DNA of 64,000 nucleotides from assembly GCA_001643675.2 (NCBI GenBank), contig LSRY02000003.1, positions 1,736,001 to 1,800,000 of the forward strand, read 5' to 3'. Within the stretch, counting starts at the first letter, position 1, and every line of letters begins with the position of its first letter. This stretch comes from Monocercomonoides exilis PA203. Taxonomy: Eukaryota > Protista > Preaxostyla. The position numbers and the translations under genes are program-made. Shown piece by piece: positions 26,408-40,119 of this stretch. The notes below the pieces were generated by a model that made no database searches, was not told where the DNA came from, and worked only from the letters and a program-made list of their open reading frames with translations.

Positions 26408-27266
26408 ATAAAAAATATGAGATGTTCAATGATTTATTTTTTATTTATTAACAAAAAACATTAAATTAAAAAAGCAAAACAAATAATAACTATATATTCA
26501 TTCTTTGTCTTCTTGTCTTTTTTTCTCTTTTCTCTCTTTTCTCCTTTCTTTACTCACTTCTTTTATCTCGATTATCTCAATTTTCATTTATATTGACAAA
26601 TAATCAATTAAAATGTCATAATTACATTTTAAATCATTTTACACACAAATCTCAGCTTCCCCCAGCTTCGCACTGCTTCCCCCAGCTTTCCCCAGCTTCG
26701 CACTGCTTCCCCCAGCTTTCCCCAGCTTCGCACTGCTTTTCGCTGCTACTTACTGCGCATACGCTTTGCCATTTCAATTTTATGTTATATTGAGAGAAGT
26801 TTAAAGAAACACAAGTTATTATATAAAATATAACGAATATTCAAGATTATTTAATAAAATAAAAGAAAGATTATAATAATAACAACATATCTCATATGAA
26901 TTTGACTATGTTTATTTCCATTTCAATAGCGTTGCTTCAAATTGTTAATTTTGAAGATCACGTCACTGTTTTTGTTAATTAAATAAAATTTAAGAAATCA
27001 CGCAATATTTCATGAAACAGAAACAAAATGTAAAAAGCAAACCGAGGTATTTGAATTAAACTTTTTACTATTTAATGAGAAATGAAAATGAACAAATTAC
27101 ACGATTGATCAACTACCATAATAAAATTTTTCCTTCAAAAAAATATTTTTTATCAAAGTGGAAGATTCGCTATTTGCAACTAATTTTAAAAACAGTAGCA
27201 AAACATAAAGAAATGTTTGGCAAATCCAATTTTTCGAAATTGCATTTTCAGGGAGGTGATATCTCG
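26343..27266. repeat. Right arm of the 924-bp inverted repeat
   Basis: Reverse complement of the left arm. Includes the last ~21 transposase codons. Confidence 0.95.
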
Positions 27267-27720
27267 CCGTCAAATCTTTTGCATCTGGATTTTCCATGTG
27301 ACTTTCAACTGTTCTTTTCTTAATCGATGGTAAAATCATTTGGATTACAAAATTTCCAAAACAGGATTTATTGCTCATACTGATGTTTGAATGAAATTCA
27401 TTAGTTGGACATGCCTCTGATGTTGTATGTGAGCAAGTGTCTGAATTGTCAGTGGCTTTCATTAATGTTGTCAGACATGATTCATTGGCATCTTGTCTCT
27501 GATCAAATGAATCAATAAAGTGAGTGAGAAAATAAGAATGAATGACTGGTGAAGACCATTGGTCTTTTTCAGATCGAATTTGAAACGGAATGTTTCTGTA
27601 ATTTTCGCAATCGATATTTGCTTTCTCAAAAATCGAATTAGCAATTAATGTGGGAGAATATTAAGCTCTGTTTGTTAAGAATAATAGCCCTTGAAACACT
27701 CCCATGAAACACTTGAAATT
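27265..27720 (-). pseudogene. USP-like pseudogene, N-terminal part with Cys box
   Basis: SNKSCFGNFVIQMIL (Cys codon 27363-27361). Joins in frame to the part left of 24544 when the element and one CG are removed. Confidence 0.6.
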
Positions 27721-28918
27721 TTTTTCAAAAGATGTGTTTGATCTTTTCAAAATCCTGCTAAGTCGGGTTCAGCTTCACAATTAGTTGATATTTAGCGATT
27801 ATCAAAATGAGATTGAAAGTCGGATGCTTCATTCAGAAAAATTCTCTGATGCTTTTTTGATGACTCTTCTCCTGTTTGATTGAGTTATTCCTGTCATATA
27901 TCATGCGATGACGAGTAAATCAAATCATCCCAGGCAGTTTCATCCAAATATTGTTCTTCTTCTGAATGCTTTGATGATTTTTGACTGCAAATAATCGAAG
28001 AAGACATTTCCGTTTAATGATTTTATCATCCATGTGTTTGCTTTGTTTCACGCGTCTTCTTCAATTCCTTAAAAATTGAATTGTTTTCTCTTAAAAAAAC
28101 TGCGGAAAAATAATTCAAACCATGCTTGCTCATTGGAAGTGATGGTTTTTGCAGGGGTATTATTTGAGCTTATTTTTTTGAAGAGTCACGTGATTGTGTG
28201 AAAAACCCGCACATTGTTATTCACCCAATCTTCAAATATTTTTTTTCTTCTTTGATAACAATGCATTATTTAAATTTGACACTTATTGAGTAATTATTAG
28301 TGGATAAGGATGAATATTCACAACAATAAAATATTTCTTTGAAGAATGGATAAATCGTTCTCGTTGTTAATATTAATTTTTATTATATTGAATTTACTCT
28401 GTAATTATCTATTTATCAAATTCGAAAAGTTCAGAATCAATCTTGTGATAATTTTTCTATATAACTGAAGATCAGTTTTGAAGACCAGCTAAAAAAATTT
28501 TCAATTTTTTCAATTTGCATTCTTCAAAAGCTTGAAGAACAATAATCAATTACAAAAAAACCATCTATTGAAATTTGAAAAGATTGAAATTCTCTAAACA
28601 CTGACGATAAACAGAGGTATTGCATTGCTTTTTTTGAATGTTTTCACTCCTAATGACGTGATGCTCAAAGAAAAATACAAATGATAACAACTTAGTCTTT
28701 CAAAAAACGGAAACAAGAAGGAAACATGAAAAAATGTTTTTTATCTTTATTTTTTTTAATAAAATAAAACAAATAATTTTAATGTTTAATGAGAAATTAC
28801 AATATTATTATGGAAAACAATCAAAAATGTCTGCAAAAAATTAGGGAATAATACTTTTTATTATTTTACCAGACAAGTTATACTCAATCAAACTCAAATA
28901 CATATTAATGAAAAAGCA

Positions 28919-29164
28919 TATGGGTGATTCTTTTAGAAAAGTCGCAACTGTTTAATTTTCAAATATAACAAAATTTTCATATTTTGCTCAAATTTCTGTC
29001 ACCGCTCATGAATCTTCTCATGAATGTTTGAATTATCATAATCCTTAAATTGATTACATATTAGTGAAGTTTGGTTTGTGAAAACAAAATTTTGAGACAA
29101 ATATGAAATATTTGTTTTATTTGAAAATTATACAGTTGAGACTTTTCAAAAATTATTACCCATA
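28919..29164. mobile_element. MITE-like element, same TIR family
   Basis: tatgggtgattcttttagaaaagtc ... gacttttcaaaaattattacccata. Confidence 0.65.
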
Positions 29165-29400
29165 TGTCTAAATTTTTTAGTAAAGTTCCTTATGTTAAAT
29201 ATTCCAAGAAAAAAACTTTTTTTGATTAAATTTCTGTTTCCACTAACGAAACTTCTCCATAATAGTAGTTAAAACTTGATAATGCAATCATAGACATTGC
29301 TGTGAAATTTCGTGTGTGGAAACAGAAATTTGATCGAAACATGAAATTTTTATTTTTTTAAAATCAAACTGAAAGAACTTTTCAAAAAAATTTAGACATA
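29163..29400. mobile_element. MITE-like element, variant TIR (TATGTCTAAATTTTTT), abutting its neighbours at shared TA
   Basis: tatgtctaaattttttagtaaagttc ... gaacttttcaaaaaaatttagacata. Another left TIR starts at 29399. Confidence 0.6.
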
Positions 29401-31754
29401 TGGGAGATCATTTTTGAAATCATAACTATTTTCGGTGTACTGAATATTACTCCGTTCTATGGAATAAACAATAAGTTTTCTGATATAAGACTGAAAACTA
29501 ATAATTATTGTTCCAAAAGTTACTTCAAAAATAATTCTATTTCGAAAAAAAAATATTCAATTTCGTAATTAATATTTCGATTTCGGAAAAAAATAATTCA
29601 AAACGAAAATGAATATTTTTTTGATTTGTGGAATGATAACTTGTGTTTTGAGTTTTTAATTCTCATTATTTTAAAATCTTCAGTTCACTTTGTTTTTCAT
29701 AATTTCAAAAATGATGCATTTTCATTTAAAAAAAAATCATTCATTTTGAATTGATATTTCTTTTATTGAAGTTATTCAAAAAGAAAATGGATTCATTTTT
29801 ATTTTAAAAATTGATGAATTTGATATTTTCACCAAAGAAAAAAATTTTTTTGGATTGGTTAAAAAATTCTTGTTTTTTATTTTTCAATAAACGTGATTGA
29901 ACTTTAAATATTTTTATTTTGTTATTCAATAAAATGAATTTTTTGAAATTTCTATAATTTCAGTGATGATTTTCAAAAATGAAAAAAATTCAAAAAATTG
30001 ATAAGATTCATATTTCTATTTGAAAAAACAGTTATTTGAGTAATAATTTTTGATTGGTTAAAAAACAACTTGAATATTTCAGAAATCCATTCTCTAGATT
30101 AATAAAAATTATTCGGTTTAAAATGAATTCCGAAATTGAAGTATTCATTTTCGAAATCGAAATATAAATTACGAAATTGAATTATTTTTTTTCGAACATG
30201 AATTATTATTGGTGTAATGCCTGAGAAAAATACTAAAGAAAAAATATTTATGAAATTGCATGATTCCTTTTCAGCGAACATTCTTAACGTTCGAAACGAA
30301 ATTTTCAAATTATAAATTATATTTTGAATCGATACAAATTATTGAGCACATTTGAAATAGTTGCAACAGAATGTGCTTATGCTAAAAGTTCATTAGGTTT
30401 AGAGAATTAGGAAATTCAAGTAATTCATGTCAGATGTATTAAAACAATCAATTTCGAAGTCCAATGAATTTGATATTCCCATAAACAAATGATCACTTAT
30501 TTATTTTATTAAATGCATTCAACACCTTCACGTGCTTGTTTCATTTCACACCATTCAAAATGATCTTTTGGATATTGAAAATAGAAATCAATAAAATTGA
30601 AGACCTGAATCTGAAAGATCACCAGCTGTTGAAAGAAAAAGTTGAAAGTGAAGCTAAGAGAGTTATGCTTGGAAATGTGACAAACCAAAGGATTTGCGAT
30701 ATGAGAGAGGAAGGAGGCATTGTTGAGAACAAAAAGGAAAAGAAGCGATTCTTTGAAACAGGAGTGCTTAATATTCTAATGCTTTGGAAATCAAAAAGAA
30801 GATAAGAAAATGAAAGAGAGTGAGATATCACATCAAGAGTTGATAAAGGCTGGGTGTTCAAAATTTGAGTGAGGGGAGTTTCAATAGAGATAGGAGAATG
30901 TTGATCAGAGAGGTGAATAAAAAGATGGATGCATTTGTGGATTCATCATTCTCAAGGGTTTTCATGGCTATGAAAGTGAAATTTGAAGATGACAAAAATA
31001 TAAATTGTATGGTTAATAACAATTTTCTTTTATTTCGTTATCGCTCTGTTGTTATTTGTTTTCAATCCGTTTGCTTGGTATTTATCCATTTGCTTGTCTT
31101 TTTTGTAGAAAACAAACTCTTTAATAATGATTTTTATATTATTAATAATATTTCTTTTAATGAATTTAATCAGTATTTCCTTTTGAAATAATAATTTTCC
31201 AGTTATTTTTTTTCGATTAACTATTGATTAAGAATTTTTGTACTCAGCTGAAGAAATAATCACTATGAAATTTTTAATTATTTCAATAAGCATGTTCCAT
31301 TATATTTTAGAAGATAATTAAGTTCCTCCGTAGAAGCGAAGTCTGTTTTTTATTTTTACATTATCATCATCATTATCATTTCCTTTTCCTTTAATACTCT
31401 TCTTCAAAACAGTTTAATTATCTTATTCATTTGCTGATTCAAATTTATGAAATGAAAGAAAACCACTATCCTTTGTTAACACAGTTTCATCGATATCCTC
31501 CTCATTTTTCTTTTTCTTTGTCTCTTCAAATTGGATTCTTGATTGATTCATTTGATTTTCTGATAACAATATTGGGATTGAAACCACCGAATCTTTATCA
31601 GCTTTCGAATTTAATTCCTCAGAATAACATTCTGAAGAACCTGAATCGTATTTTTTCATATTTTTTTATACATCAAAATGCTAAGAATCAATATCACTTA
31701 TTGATGCATCAAAAATAACATTGCCTTTCCTTCGTTCCAAAATTAAAAATGGTT

Positions 31755-31786
<32 letters not shown>

Positions 31787-31949
31787 TTTTTTTTTTTTTT
31801 TTCTGTTTCAGGTGCAAATAACTCAGTTTTTGTTGTGTTTTTTCATCATTTTTTCAAGGTTTTTCATATTCTTCACATTTGTTAATCACAAAATATGATG
31901 TGATGCATTTCACTGAGATGCTCCATCTGTTGCTTTGAGCAGTCTTATT

Positions 31950-33300
31950 CATCGCATGAGGCAATTCTCGGATTGTTTTGTTTTTAACATTGTTAATGGT
32001 TGAAGTAATTATTCCCGCTTCAAATAATCCGTGTTTGATGGTTATTGGTGCTAATTCCATTCGTGTTTATTCGGATATAGACTCAACAAAAAAAAAAAAA
32101 AAATGAATTGGACTTGCATTTTTCTAATAGTTGGTTTGTATTTAATGTGTTTCAATTGTTTTTTCAATGCTGCAATTAGGCCAAAATCCATTGGTTGAAT
32201 GTTTGATTTGATTGAATGCTAAACGATTGCATCAACTTTAGCTGAAGAAAATATATTCAAAAGGAAGATATTATGCCTGGAAGCTTGTCCATCCAATATA
32301 AAAGGAGCAAATGGATAATTTTCTTTATTTTCTTTGCGAACAGTCATATTTCTTTGATCGAAATAAATTTCGCAACAGTTGTTCTTCTTTGTTGGAGCAA
32401 AAAACGATCTTCCAACAACTTTTTTTTATCAGCAATCATCTCCGTCTTTTGACGAACGACTTTTCTGAAATCATCAAAAACATCATGAATAAGGTGAAAT
32501 TCTGCTTTCAAAAATAAAAAAAATGTTTTTTTTATTGTAAATGATGAGGTTTCTTTGCCTTTAATGATTTTTAACGTTGGCTTGTCTTTTGAAGTATTTT
32601 TTTGCTTTATTGCATTGTTGCAATCATTTTCTGAATATTCATTTTTTGCTTTTGTGTTTCTGAATAATACAACAGCTGGCTGATCAGAATAATTATGTAA
32701 TCCATTCGTTTTTGATAAATCCCCAAGAGGATGATCTTCCGTTTTTGAACGATCATCATGCTTTGTTATTATGTCTTTATCCTTATTCGTCACCGCATTC
32801 TGAGATTTATTTTCTCAGTTTGTGGTTTGTATTACAAATATTTAATTTGTTTTTTGAATGTGCTTATCTCCTCAATGAATTGAAAACTTTTTGCTTTTCG
32901 AAATGAAAGGTTTTGATGACAGATGATAGTTCAATTTTTATATTTCGAGCTCATGTTTGAGAATAGAAGTTAAAACATAGTTGATCATTATTTCTTTGAA
33001 TATTTTCTCAATCATCAATCCATTTTGCGAAGAATGAAAAATGAATTCATAATCTTTCAACTGTTTTCTTTTTTCATTCTCACATTTAGGTGTAAGTCAA
33101 AGATGCAAAGGAAAGTGCTTTTTATTTGCTGCGACAATAAAAAGCATTGTTATATATCTGAGAATTGTTGATTCAAAGAGAGAAAGATGGGAACAATTGC
33201 GAGAAACTATATAATTTCATTTTTGTTTCTCATTCTATTGGTAACTTGTCTCATCAAGACGCATAATCAAAGACCGATGTTTTTTTTTGTCATCATCAAA
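31950..33300 (-). pseudogene. Decayed pogo/Fot1-like (DDE_1) transposase
   Basis: LIMRLDETSY (~33255); YITMLFIVAAN; FILDGQASRHN; IQPMDFGLIAALKK (34 residues between the 2nd and 3rd Asp); TIKHGLFEAGI. Confidence 0.75.
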
Positions 33301-33697
33301 TATCTCAATTTAGATTAAATTGACTGATTATTCTCTTTTATGGAACCTCAGACTCTTGAAACAATTAATCTAACAGGATTAACTGGTTTTAGTTGCTTAT
33401 ATCTTTAAACAAAATATATAATCCGTTTCAAACTTGGTGCTCCAACATAATCTTTTATTTACAAATCTCTTTGCAATCAGATATGAAATGGGACAGAATT
33501 CTTTCATTTTAGAAAAAATCATTGATTTGTTCAGAGCTTTTTCTGATTCAGATAATTGCAATTTTGACGTTCTCCAGCTAAATAAATTAAAGAAATACTC
33601 AAAAGAAGAGAAAAATCTCTGAAAGCTTTGTGTGGAATAAAATTCATAAAGAAAAAAACTTCATCCCAAATGGCCAAAAACAAGAATAAGGAAAAAA

Positions 33698-33960
33698 TAT
33701 GGGTGATTATTTTTAAAATCATAACTTTTTTTAATGAAATTATTTTTCTTAAATTTTTTGTCTTTGAGAAGAAATTTTGTATTCAAATTGAAAATTTTAA
33801 CAACTGTTGAATAAACAGATGCTTTTACTCAAATAATGATGAAAATGTCTTTCAAAGAACTATTCCAACTTTTCAATGAACTTTTGTTGAAATTCAAGAG
33901 AAATTTTCGAACAGTAAATTTTTGCCAGAAAATATATGATATCAAAAGAAATCACCCATA
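33698..33960. mobile_element. MITE-like element, same TIR family
   Basis: tatgggtgattatttttaaaatcata ... tatgatatcaaaagaaatcacccata. Confidence 0.7.
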
Positions 33961-34270
33961 TGTTAAAATAATTTTTTTATAAATTATCAAACCATCATAA
34001 GAATATCTGTATATGTCAGTTGCGTTTGAATATCGTACCAATTAACTATTGTTTCAACCAATTGCAATTCTTCATCTTTTGTCAAAATATGATTTTCCAA
34101 TCTTCTATGTATCTTGTCCTTTGTCTTTCATTTTTTCTGCTTTCAAAGCACTGAAGAGATTATTTCTGAATCCTTTATCGTAATCTTGGTTATTTTTTTT
34201 TCATTTTCATTTTTATTTTTTTTTTAGGTATTTTAATGTACTTTGTTACATAAAAAACTTTCAGATATCA

Positions 34271-34531
34271 TATGGGTGAATATAATTGAAATCATATTTT
34301 TTCATATAAAAATTTCGGTGCAAAAATATTTCTTGAGTATCAATAAAAAAATTGAAAAGTGAAAAAGCTTATTAAATACATTTTAATCTTTGATTCGGAA
34401 AACACATTTGTTTTTAAAAACAATTATCAAGTTTTTTTTATTTTTAAAAAAATTTTTCTTTCAAAAAACAATCAATTATTGAAAAATCAACACCCCGAAA
34501 AAAGATATGATTTCAAAAATAATCACCCATA
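34271..34531. mobile_element. MITE-like element, same TIR family
   Basis: tatgggtgaatataattgaaatcata ... tatgatttcaaaaataatcacccata. Confidence 0.7.
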
Positions 34532-35234
34532 TTATCAATTAAATAATTGAAGTTGAACGAATTTCACATTCTTGTTTCAAATTAATGTATGATGAAAAAT
34601 AAATCCCAAAAACTATTTTAAAAAAAATTTTTTAAATCATTTTTCTTTTATTTAATCATTATTTGAATCAAAAAATACAGGTGGCGCAAATCTTTTAAAA
34701 TAATCGGATATATTCACTCACCATTAAATGTCAAATATTAAAATTCAAGAAAATTGACCTCATTTGATCATATATTTCAATAAATCCATAAAATATCTCC
34801 ATTTTGCACCCATTCTTTCAAAAAATTGGATTGTTCATACTGATATGTAAAGTTATTGGGTTTGATTGATCAATAATTAAAAAAAGAATAAATGGAGTTA
34901 TATTTTATTAATTCAAACTTTTAACATATAAGACTTTTAATGATAAAAAATCCATGTTTAAAGATTCATGGTGCTCATGTTCAGTTTCATGAAGCATCAA
35001 TGATGAATTTTTCTTTTCCCTTTAATTTGCAGATTCGTGAACAGGTTTCGTTGAAATCAAAACATAAAGAATTGTGTCAGTTCACGAATGTCAAAAAATG
35101 AACCCATTTTTATCGAGTATTTTGATATTAAAAAGTCAATGAAAAATTAACAATTTTTCAATGAAAATGACAAAAGAAGAATATTTTTTCCCATTTATTT
35201 AACAACTTTTTGAAATGAAATGAGATTATTTCAA

Positions 35235-35463
35235 TATGGGTGATTATTTTTGAAATCGTAACTTTTTTCGGTGTGTGCATAATTATGAAAATTTTTTGAA
35301 TTCGTAAATAAAATTTTTGTTGAAATGATTTTTTCATTCAATTGAATCAAAACGCATTGTTTGATATGAAAGAAACACAGAGATGATTTTTGTTGTGGTA
35401 TTTCTTTTCTGTGTCCATTGACATTTATTCAAAAAAATTTTTTTTCGAAAATAATTACACATA
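35235..35463. mobile_element. MITE-like element, same TIR family
   Basis: Left ~180 nt identical to the 23175 copy; right end cgaaaataattacacata. Confidence 0.65.
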
Positions 35464-35999
35464 TTACAGGAATAAATAAATAAGAAAAAAAAAATAAAAT
35501 AAAATTAAACAAACAAAAAAAACTTTAAATGAAAATATTCCGAATTAATCATTATTAAAGATTTCATATTTTATATATTCTTTTTTTAGTTATTTTCCTG
35601 ATGAAAAAAATATTTGTTTGCAAAATTAAATTTCATATGCATTTTCATAAAACAATTCAGGCACTTTTGATTGTTTTTGTGAGAACAAATATTATCAACA
35701 AAAAATGTTCTTTTTTTTGTAATAAATTAAAGATAACAATAAAATAAGAATTATATCGATGGCACATATTTTCAGATGAATAAAAAAACAAGCTTATTTT
35801 TATATTTGAAAAAGCTCAACAGATCTGAAAGTTATTCAATTGTGTAATGAATAGACTTAAAAATAGCTCGAATGTCTTCAATTTTTCCCAACTTTTCTAT
35901 TTGTATATCATCTTCCATTTCAAAATCAAAACGAAATATTTGCATTTTTCGAAGTTTGAAACTTTGTGTTTCATTTTTTTTTCAATTTTCAGAAAATTG

Positions 36000-37964
36000 A
36001 ACATTCACCTAATTTTCTTTTTCTTTTCATATTGCTTCTTTTGAATAGTTAGAAAATATTGGAAAAAAATTTAACCTGGTATTTATTTTCGATTGTATTG
36101 CAGTTAAAGAGAGTATTGACTTGGTGGTTTGTTATTTTCTTTTAATTTCATATAAGAATGATTTATTTCTTTCTTCATTTTCTTCATATTGATCATTTTT
36201 TGTGAGAATTCTTCAAACAAGCATTCGTATATATCATCAACGCAATTTTCTTCTGCTTCCAAAAACTCGAAATCATCGCTTTCATCATCTTCTGTTTCCC
36301 CACAATCAATTTTTTCATTTATTTTTTCACTATTTTCAATATTTCTTTCATCCTATTGTTTATATAAGTTCCATTACATCCTGGAAATCGCTTTGACCTA
36401 GTAAAGCGAGAAAAAAATGATTAACACAATCTTTGAAAAACTAACAATTAATCAAACCTATTTCTTTTTCGGATGAAACTTTCTTTGGTGAATGTGGTTG
36501 ATCGTTGTAACTTGTTCTATAATTATTTTATGAAAAATTCAAAATAAAAAAAGAATGAAAGAAAATAGTTAAGAAAATGAAACACATTAGAAAATCTTTA
36601 ACATATGAATCCATGGTTTTCAGCAAAGGGTGAAAAATTGAAACGGTTGTTTGTTTAATTGTTGAGGAATCAATCAAGCAAGAATCGTTCGATTTATTGC
36701 AGCGATCCGAAAATATTGATGGAGTTGAAAAATTACATTTAAGAAATTGCTGCTTTTGTATTGATTTCATGTCGGTAGAAGTCAAAGCATAAGAAAGGAC
36801 AATGTTCTCCCATCGAGTTATAACAATAAAATAATTATGCAATAATATCAATGAGTTATTAAAAACGTTTCACCATTTATTTTCCTTGAGGGGTTCTTGC
36901 TGTAACAAAAATTTAATACTTTAAAAAACATAAAGAATTAAATGGAAAACTTGACTTGACTTGGTGCTGTCATTTTCGAAATTCATAGAAAGCAAATGAA
37001 AAGGGTGTAGAAAAATTTCCTCCTTGATAATGTCCACGAGGCCTATCATGCCTATTAAAGTTTCCTTTTGAATAATTTTATTTTTCGTTTTTATTAAAGA
37101 AGCTATTTCATTCAACGAATTTCATCTTTTTGAGACAAACGAAGGAGAGCGCTTCTTCAGAAGATTCATTCTCGACTAAGAATGGGCTTTTTGATAAACA
37201 TTCAAGATTTTCATTTGAGATCACAAAGAAATGGCACTTTGGTAAATAAATTTGTGATTACCAGATTTGTCAGGTGGTTGCTACAATAAACATGAAAAGG
37301 AATAAATGTCGGATGTTTCTTAACGAGTGTATTTGCATTGCTTTCTTGTGTTGATCAATTTTCAATAGCTCTTTTCTGAGATGACAATCCATCGGTGCAA
37401 AAACTCCTGATAACCGTATTGAACTTCGATAATTCGGAAATAACACTTTTGACAAGAAAATCATTTTCGCTTGAAGAAACGCATGGAGGAAATTTTTCCC
37501 AAGACAAATGTTTGATGTCCAATGATAATTTTGTGATTGTCACAACAGTAATTTTTCGATTTCCAACACATGCACCATCCAACATTAAACTCACTCCATT
37601 GTTCCTAATGATTGACTGTTTTTCCTTTTCGATTTTTGTTTTTTCTTTGAGCACCATGTGTGTAATTTTCTTGCGAGTCAAATATGGGAATATTGATGTT
37701 GATGAAAGCGAAGGGTTGCTTTGTCCAGCTTTGGTCAAAGAAAATATTAACGAATTCATTTCTTCAGATGATGATGAAAAAAAACAAAGAATTGCATAGG
37801 AGAATCAAGTAAATGAATTGCTTTTGTAATTCTGAAACACTAGTTGGACCATCTAACATTGAAAGATACATTGGATCTTTGCAAATTGATATGGGATCAT
37901 ATGCTTTTTTGTATCGAATAATAAATTTGTATTTCAAAAGTTCACATTTGAGATTAACAATCAT
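36000..37964 (-). pseudogene. Decayed hAT-superfamily transposase
   Basis: VSLMLDG; SFCTDGLSSQKRA; HVYCSNHLTNLV (CxxH); VITRW. Multiple stops and frameshifts; ends approximate. Confidence 0.75.
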
Positions 37965-38785
37965 TGAGTAACTTCTTCGACCTGATATTCCACAAGCATA
38001 TCCTAATTTTTCATTTGGTCATAGATAGTTGTTATAAAAATTATTTTTTTGTACACTGTTTTCATCAACAAGAGTGTAAGATATTCACAACGATTCTCCG
38101 ATAACTACAAAAGAAATTTCTGAAAGACATTCAATTAATTTTAAAAAATGATCAAATATTTTGATTGAAGAAAATCACAAAGATGTTCACATTACAAAAT
38201 TTTGATAAATAAGAACATATGATCCATATTTTGTTTCGCATTGTTGTTGTGATTACACGAATTTGTGGCCTGCTATTTCCAAAATCTTTTTCATTTTTTC
38301 TAAAAATATCTTTCTGATATAAAAGTTGGAAATCTACTTGTTGGAATAATAATGGTTATTGTTCATGCAATGTAATCATTTGTCTAACATTTTTTTAATT
38401 TATTTGGCAAAGTTTGAAATTATGTATCTTCTTTTATTTCGATCAATTTTCGTCTGAAGGTGATGTTGCGGAATCAGTGCTTTCATCAACATGTTCAAAT
38501 AATAATTGCTGTTTACTCGTTATGCGAAATATTCATATCAGAGAACTTCATTTCTATAAAAATTAATTTTTTTCTTTCAAAAGTGGGAAACAACATTTTT
38601 ATTTAAAGAAAATATAACATTGTAATGAAATATTGATAGAAATAATAAGGTTCTATCTTGTTAAGTGGATATCATAGTCATGTCAAACTATAATCAAGAA
38701 ATGTACGTCAGAAGTCAGAACATTAACCATGGTTCCAACAAGCACAATTTTTATTTACTATAAACATTATGACGATTTATTTAAA

Positions 38786-39053
38786 TGTGGGTAATTAATT
38801 ACAAAATCAAAAATTTTTTTGTGATGTTTTTTTTTCAAAGGTTGTTTGTCATTGAACAAAGATCTTGGATTTAAATGAAAAATTAATTCAAAACAATTTC
38901 AAAAACTGATTTTTGAGCTGAAATAAAATGAGGATATTAAGAATTAATAAATTCACTTGTCAGTGTTTTTTTGTTAGTATTCAACAAAAAACATAGGACC
39001 GTATTTTTTCTTTAAAAAAATATATATGATTTCAAAAAAAAAATCACACACAT
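38786..39053. mobile_element. MITE-like element, same TIR family (degenerate)
   Basis: tgtgggtaattaattacaaaatc ... tatgatttcaaaaaaaaaatcacacaca. Confidence 0.5.
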
Positions 39054-40119
39054 TTTGATCAAAACAACAAGTTTTCATGTAAAAAAAATCACTCAAAATG
39101 ATATTTTATGTGATAATTCATATTTCCCCCTGTGATTATAAAGAATGAAAAATAAATAAATGATTGGCGAAAAATGTTTGTGCACAGAAAAATGTGATTA
39201 TGAACGAAACAATTTTAATTTTATGCGACAATACAACATTTTGATAGAATTGGTCATTTTCAAACTTTTTTATTATAAATCATGATTGACTGGTTTTCCA
39301 TTATCATGAAAAATACTTTTTTTTTACAAACTTCGTATAAGTATTTAATTGTTACTACAACGAGCCCAAACAAACATTTATAGAACATTAATCAAAATTA
39401 TTATGAATGGTTGTGACAAATCATTCTTTTATTATCATTTTCATAAAAAAATTATTCACTTGTCATTGACTTTTTTAAGATCAAAAAACACAATAATAAA
39501 TGGTCCAATATTTAACATTCTTTAAATATGACTATATTTTATGTTTTGATTTCAAAGATTTTTGTTTTCAGATATGAAAATCGAAATAATTTCAAAATAT
39601 GATAATGCGAAATATTATTATGAGCGAAGCAATTTTTCCATTCCTAATGCAAAAAAAGCCTGAAAGTCCGTTCTTTCCCCAAAATCAGAAAAACTTTCTG
39701 TTCCAAATTAAATATAAAGAAATTCTGTTTTCTTTTTTTCATCATTTTTCACTTTTAATTCATTCAATAATATTTTTTTTTTGATCAAAAATAAATATTT
39801 TCGAATTTTCATTAAAAAAGTGACTGATTAGTTTTAAAAAAAGTTTCGAAAATAGACAAAACATATTAGAATGATATTATTCAAATAAGAATAATATTTT
39901 AAGCTCATATTCAGAGGCACTAGCTCCATCTCCTGCTCCGAAATCTTCATCAGATTCAACGTCGTTATCTTCATTTACAACATTCATCCATATCTGGAAT
40001 ATTCTCATTTTCATCAGTATTTTCTTCTTCTTCTTTTTCTTCTTCCATTTGAACAGGTTCATTTTCTATTTCAAAGCACAGATATTTAATGATTAAATGT
40101 TCGTTTTTTCAAATAATGA

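Larger units (their letters stand above)
24545..27264 (+). mobile_element. Merlin/IS1595-type DNA transposon with very long TIRs (foldback-like)
   Basis: Inverted repeat 24543-25466 / 26343-27266 encloses an ISXO2-type transposase. Flanked by CG on both sides. Interrupts the USP-like gene. Confidence 0.8.

Noticed and set aside
24543-27266. Inverted repeat as a fold-back sequencing artefact
   Set aside because: A unique 876-bp transposase spacer and flanks that rejoin in frame favour a real insertion, though read-level confirmation is still advisable.
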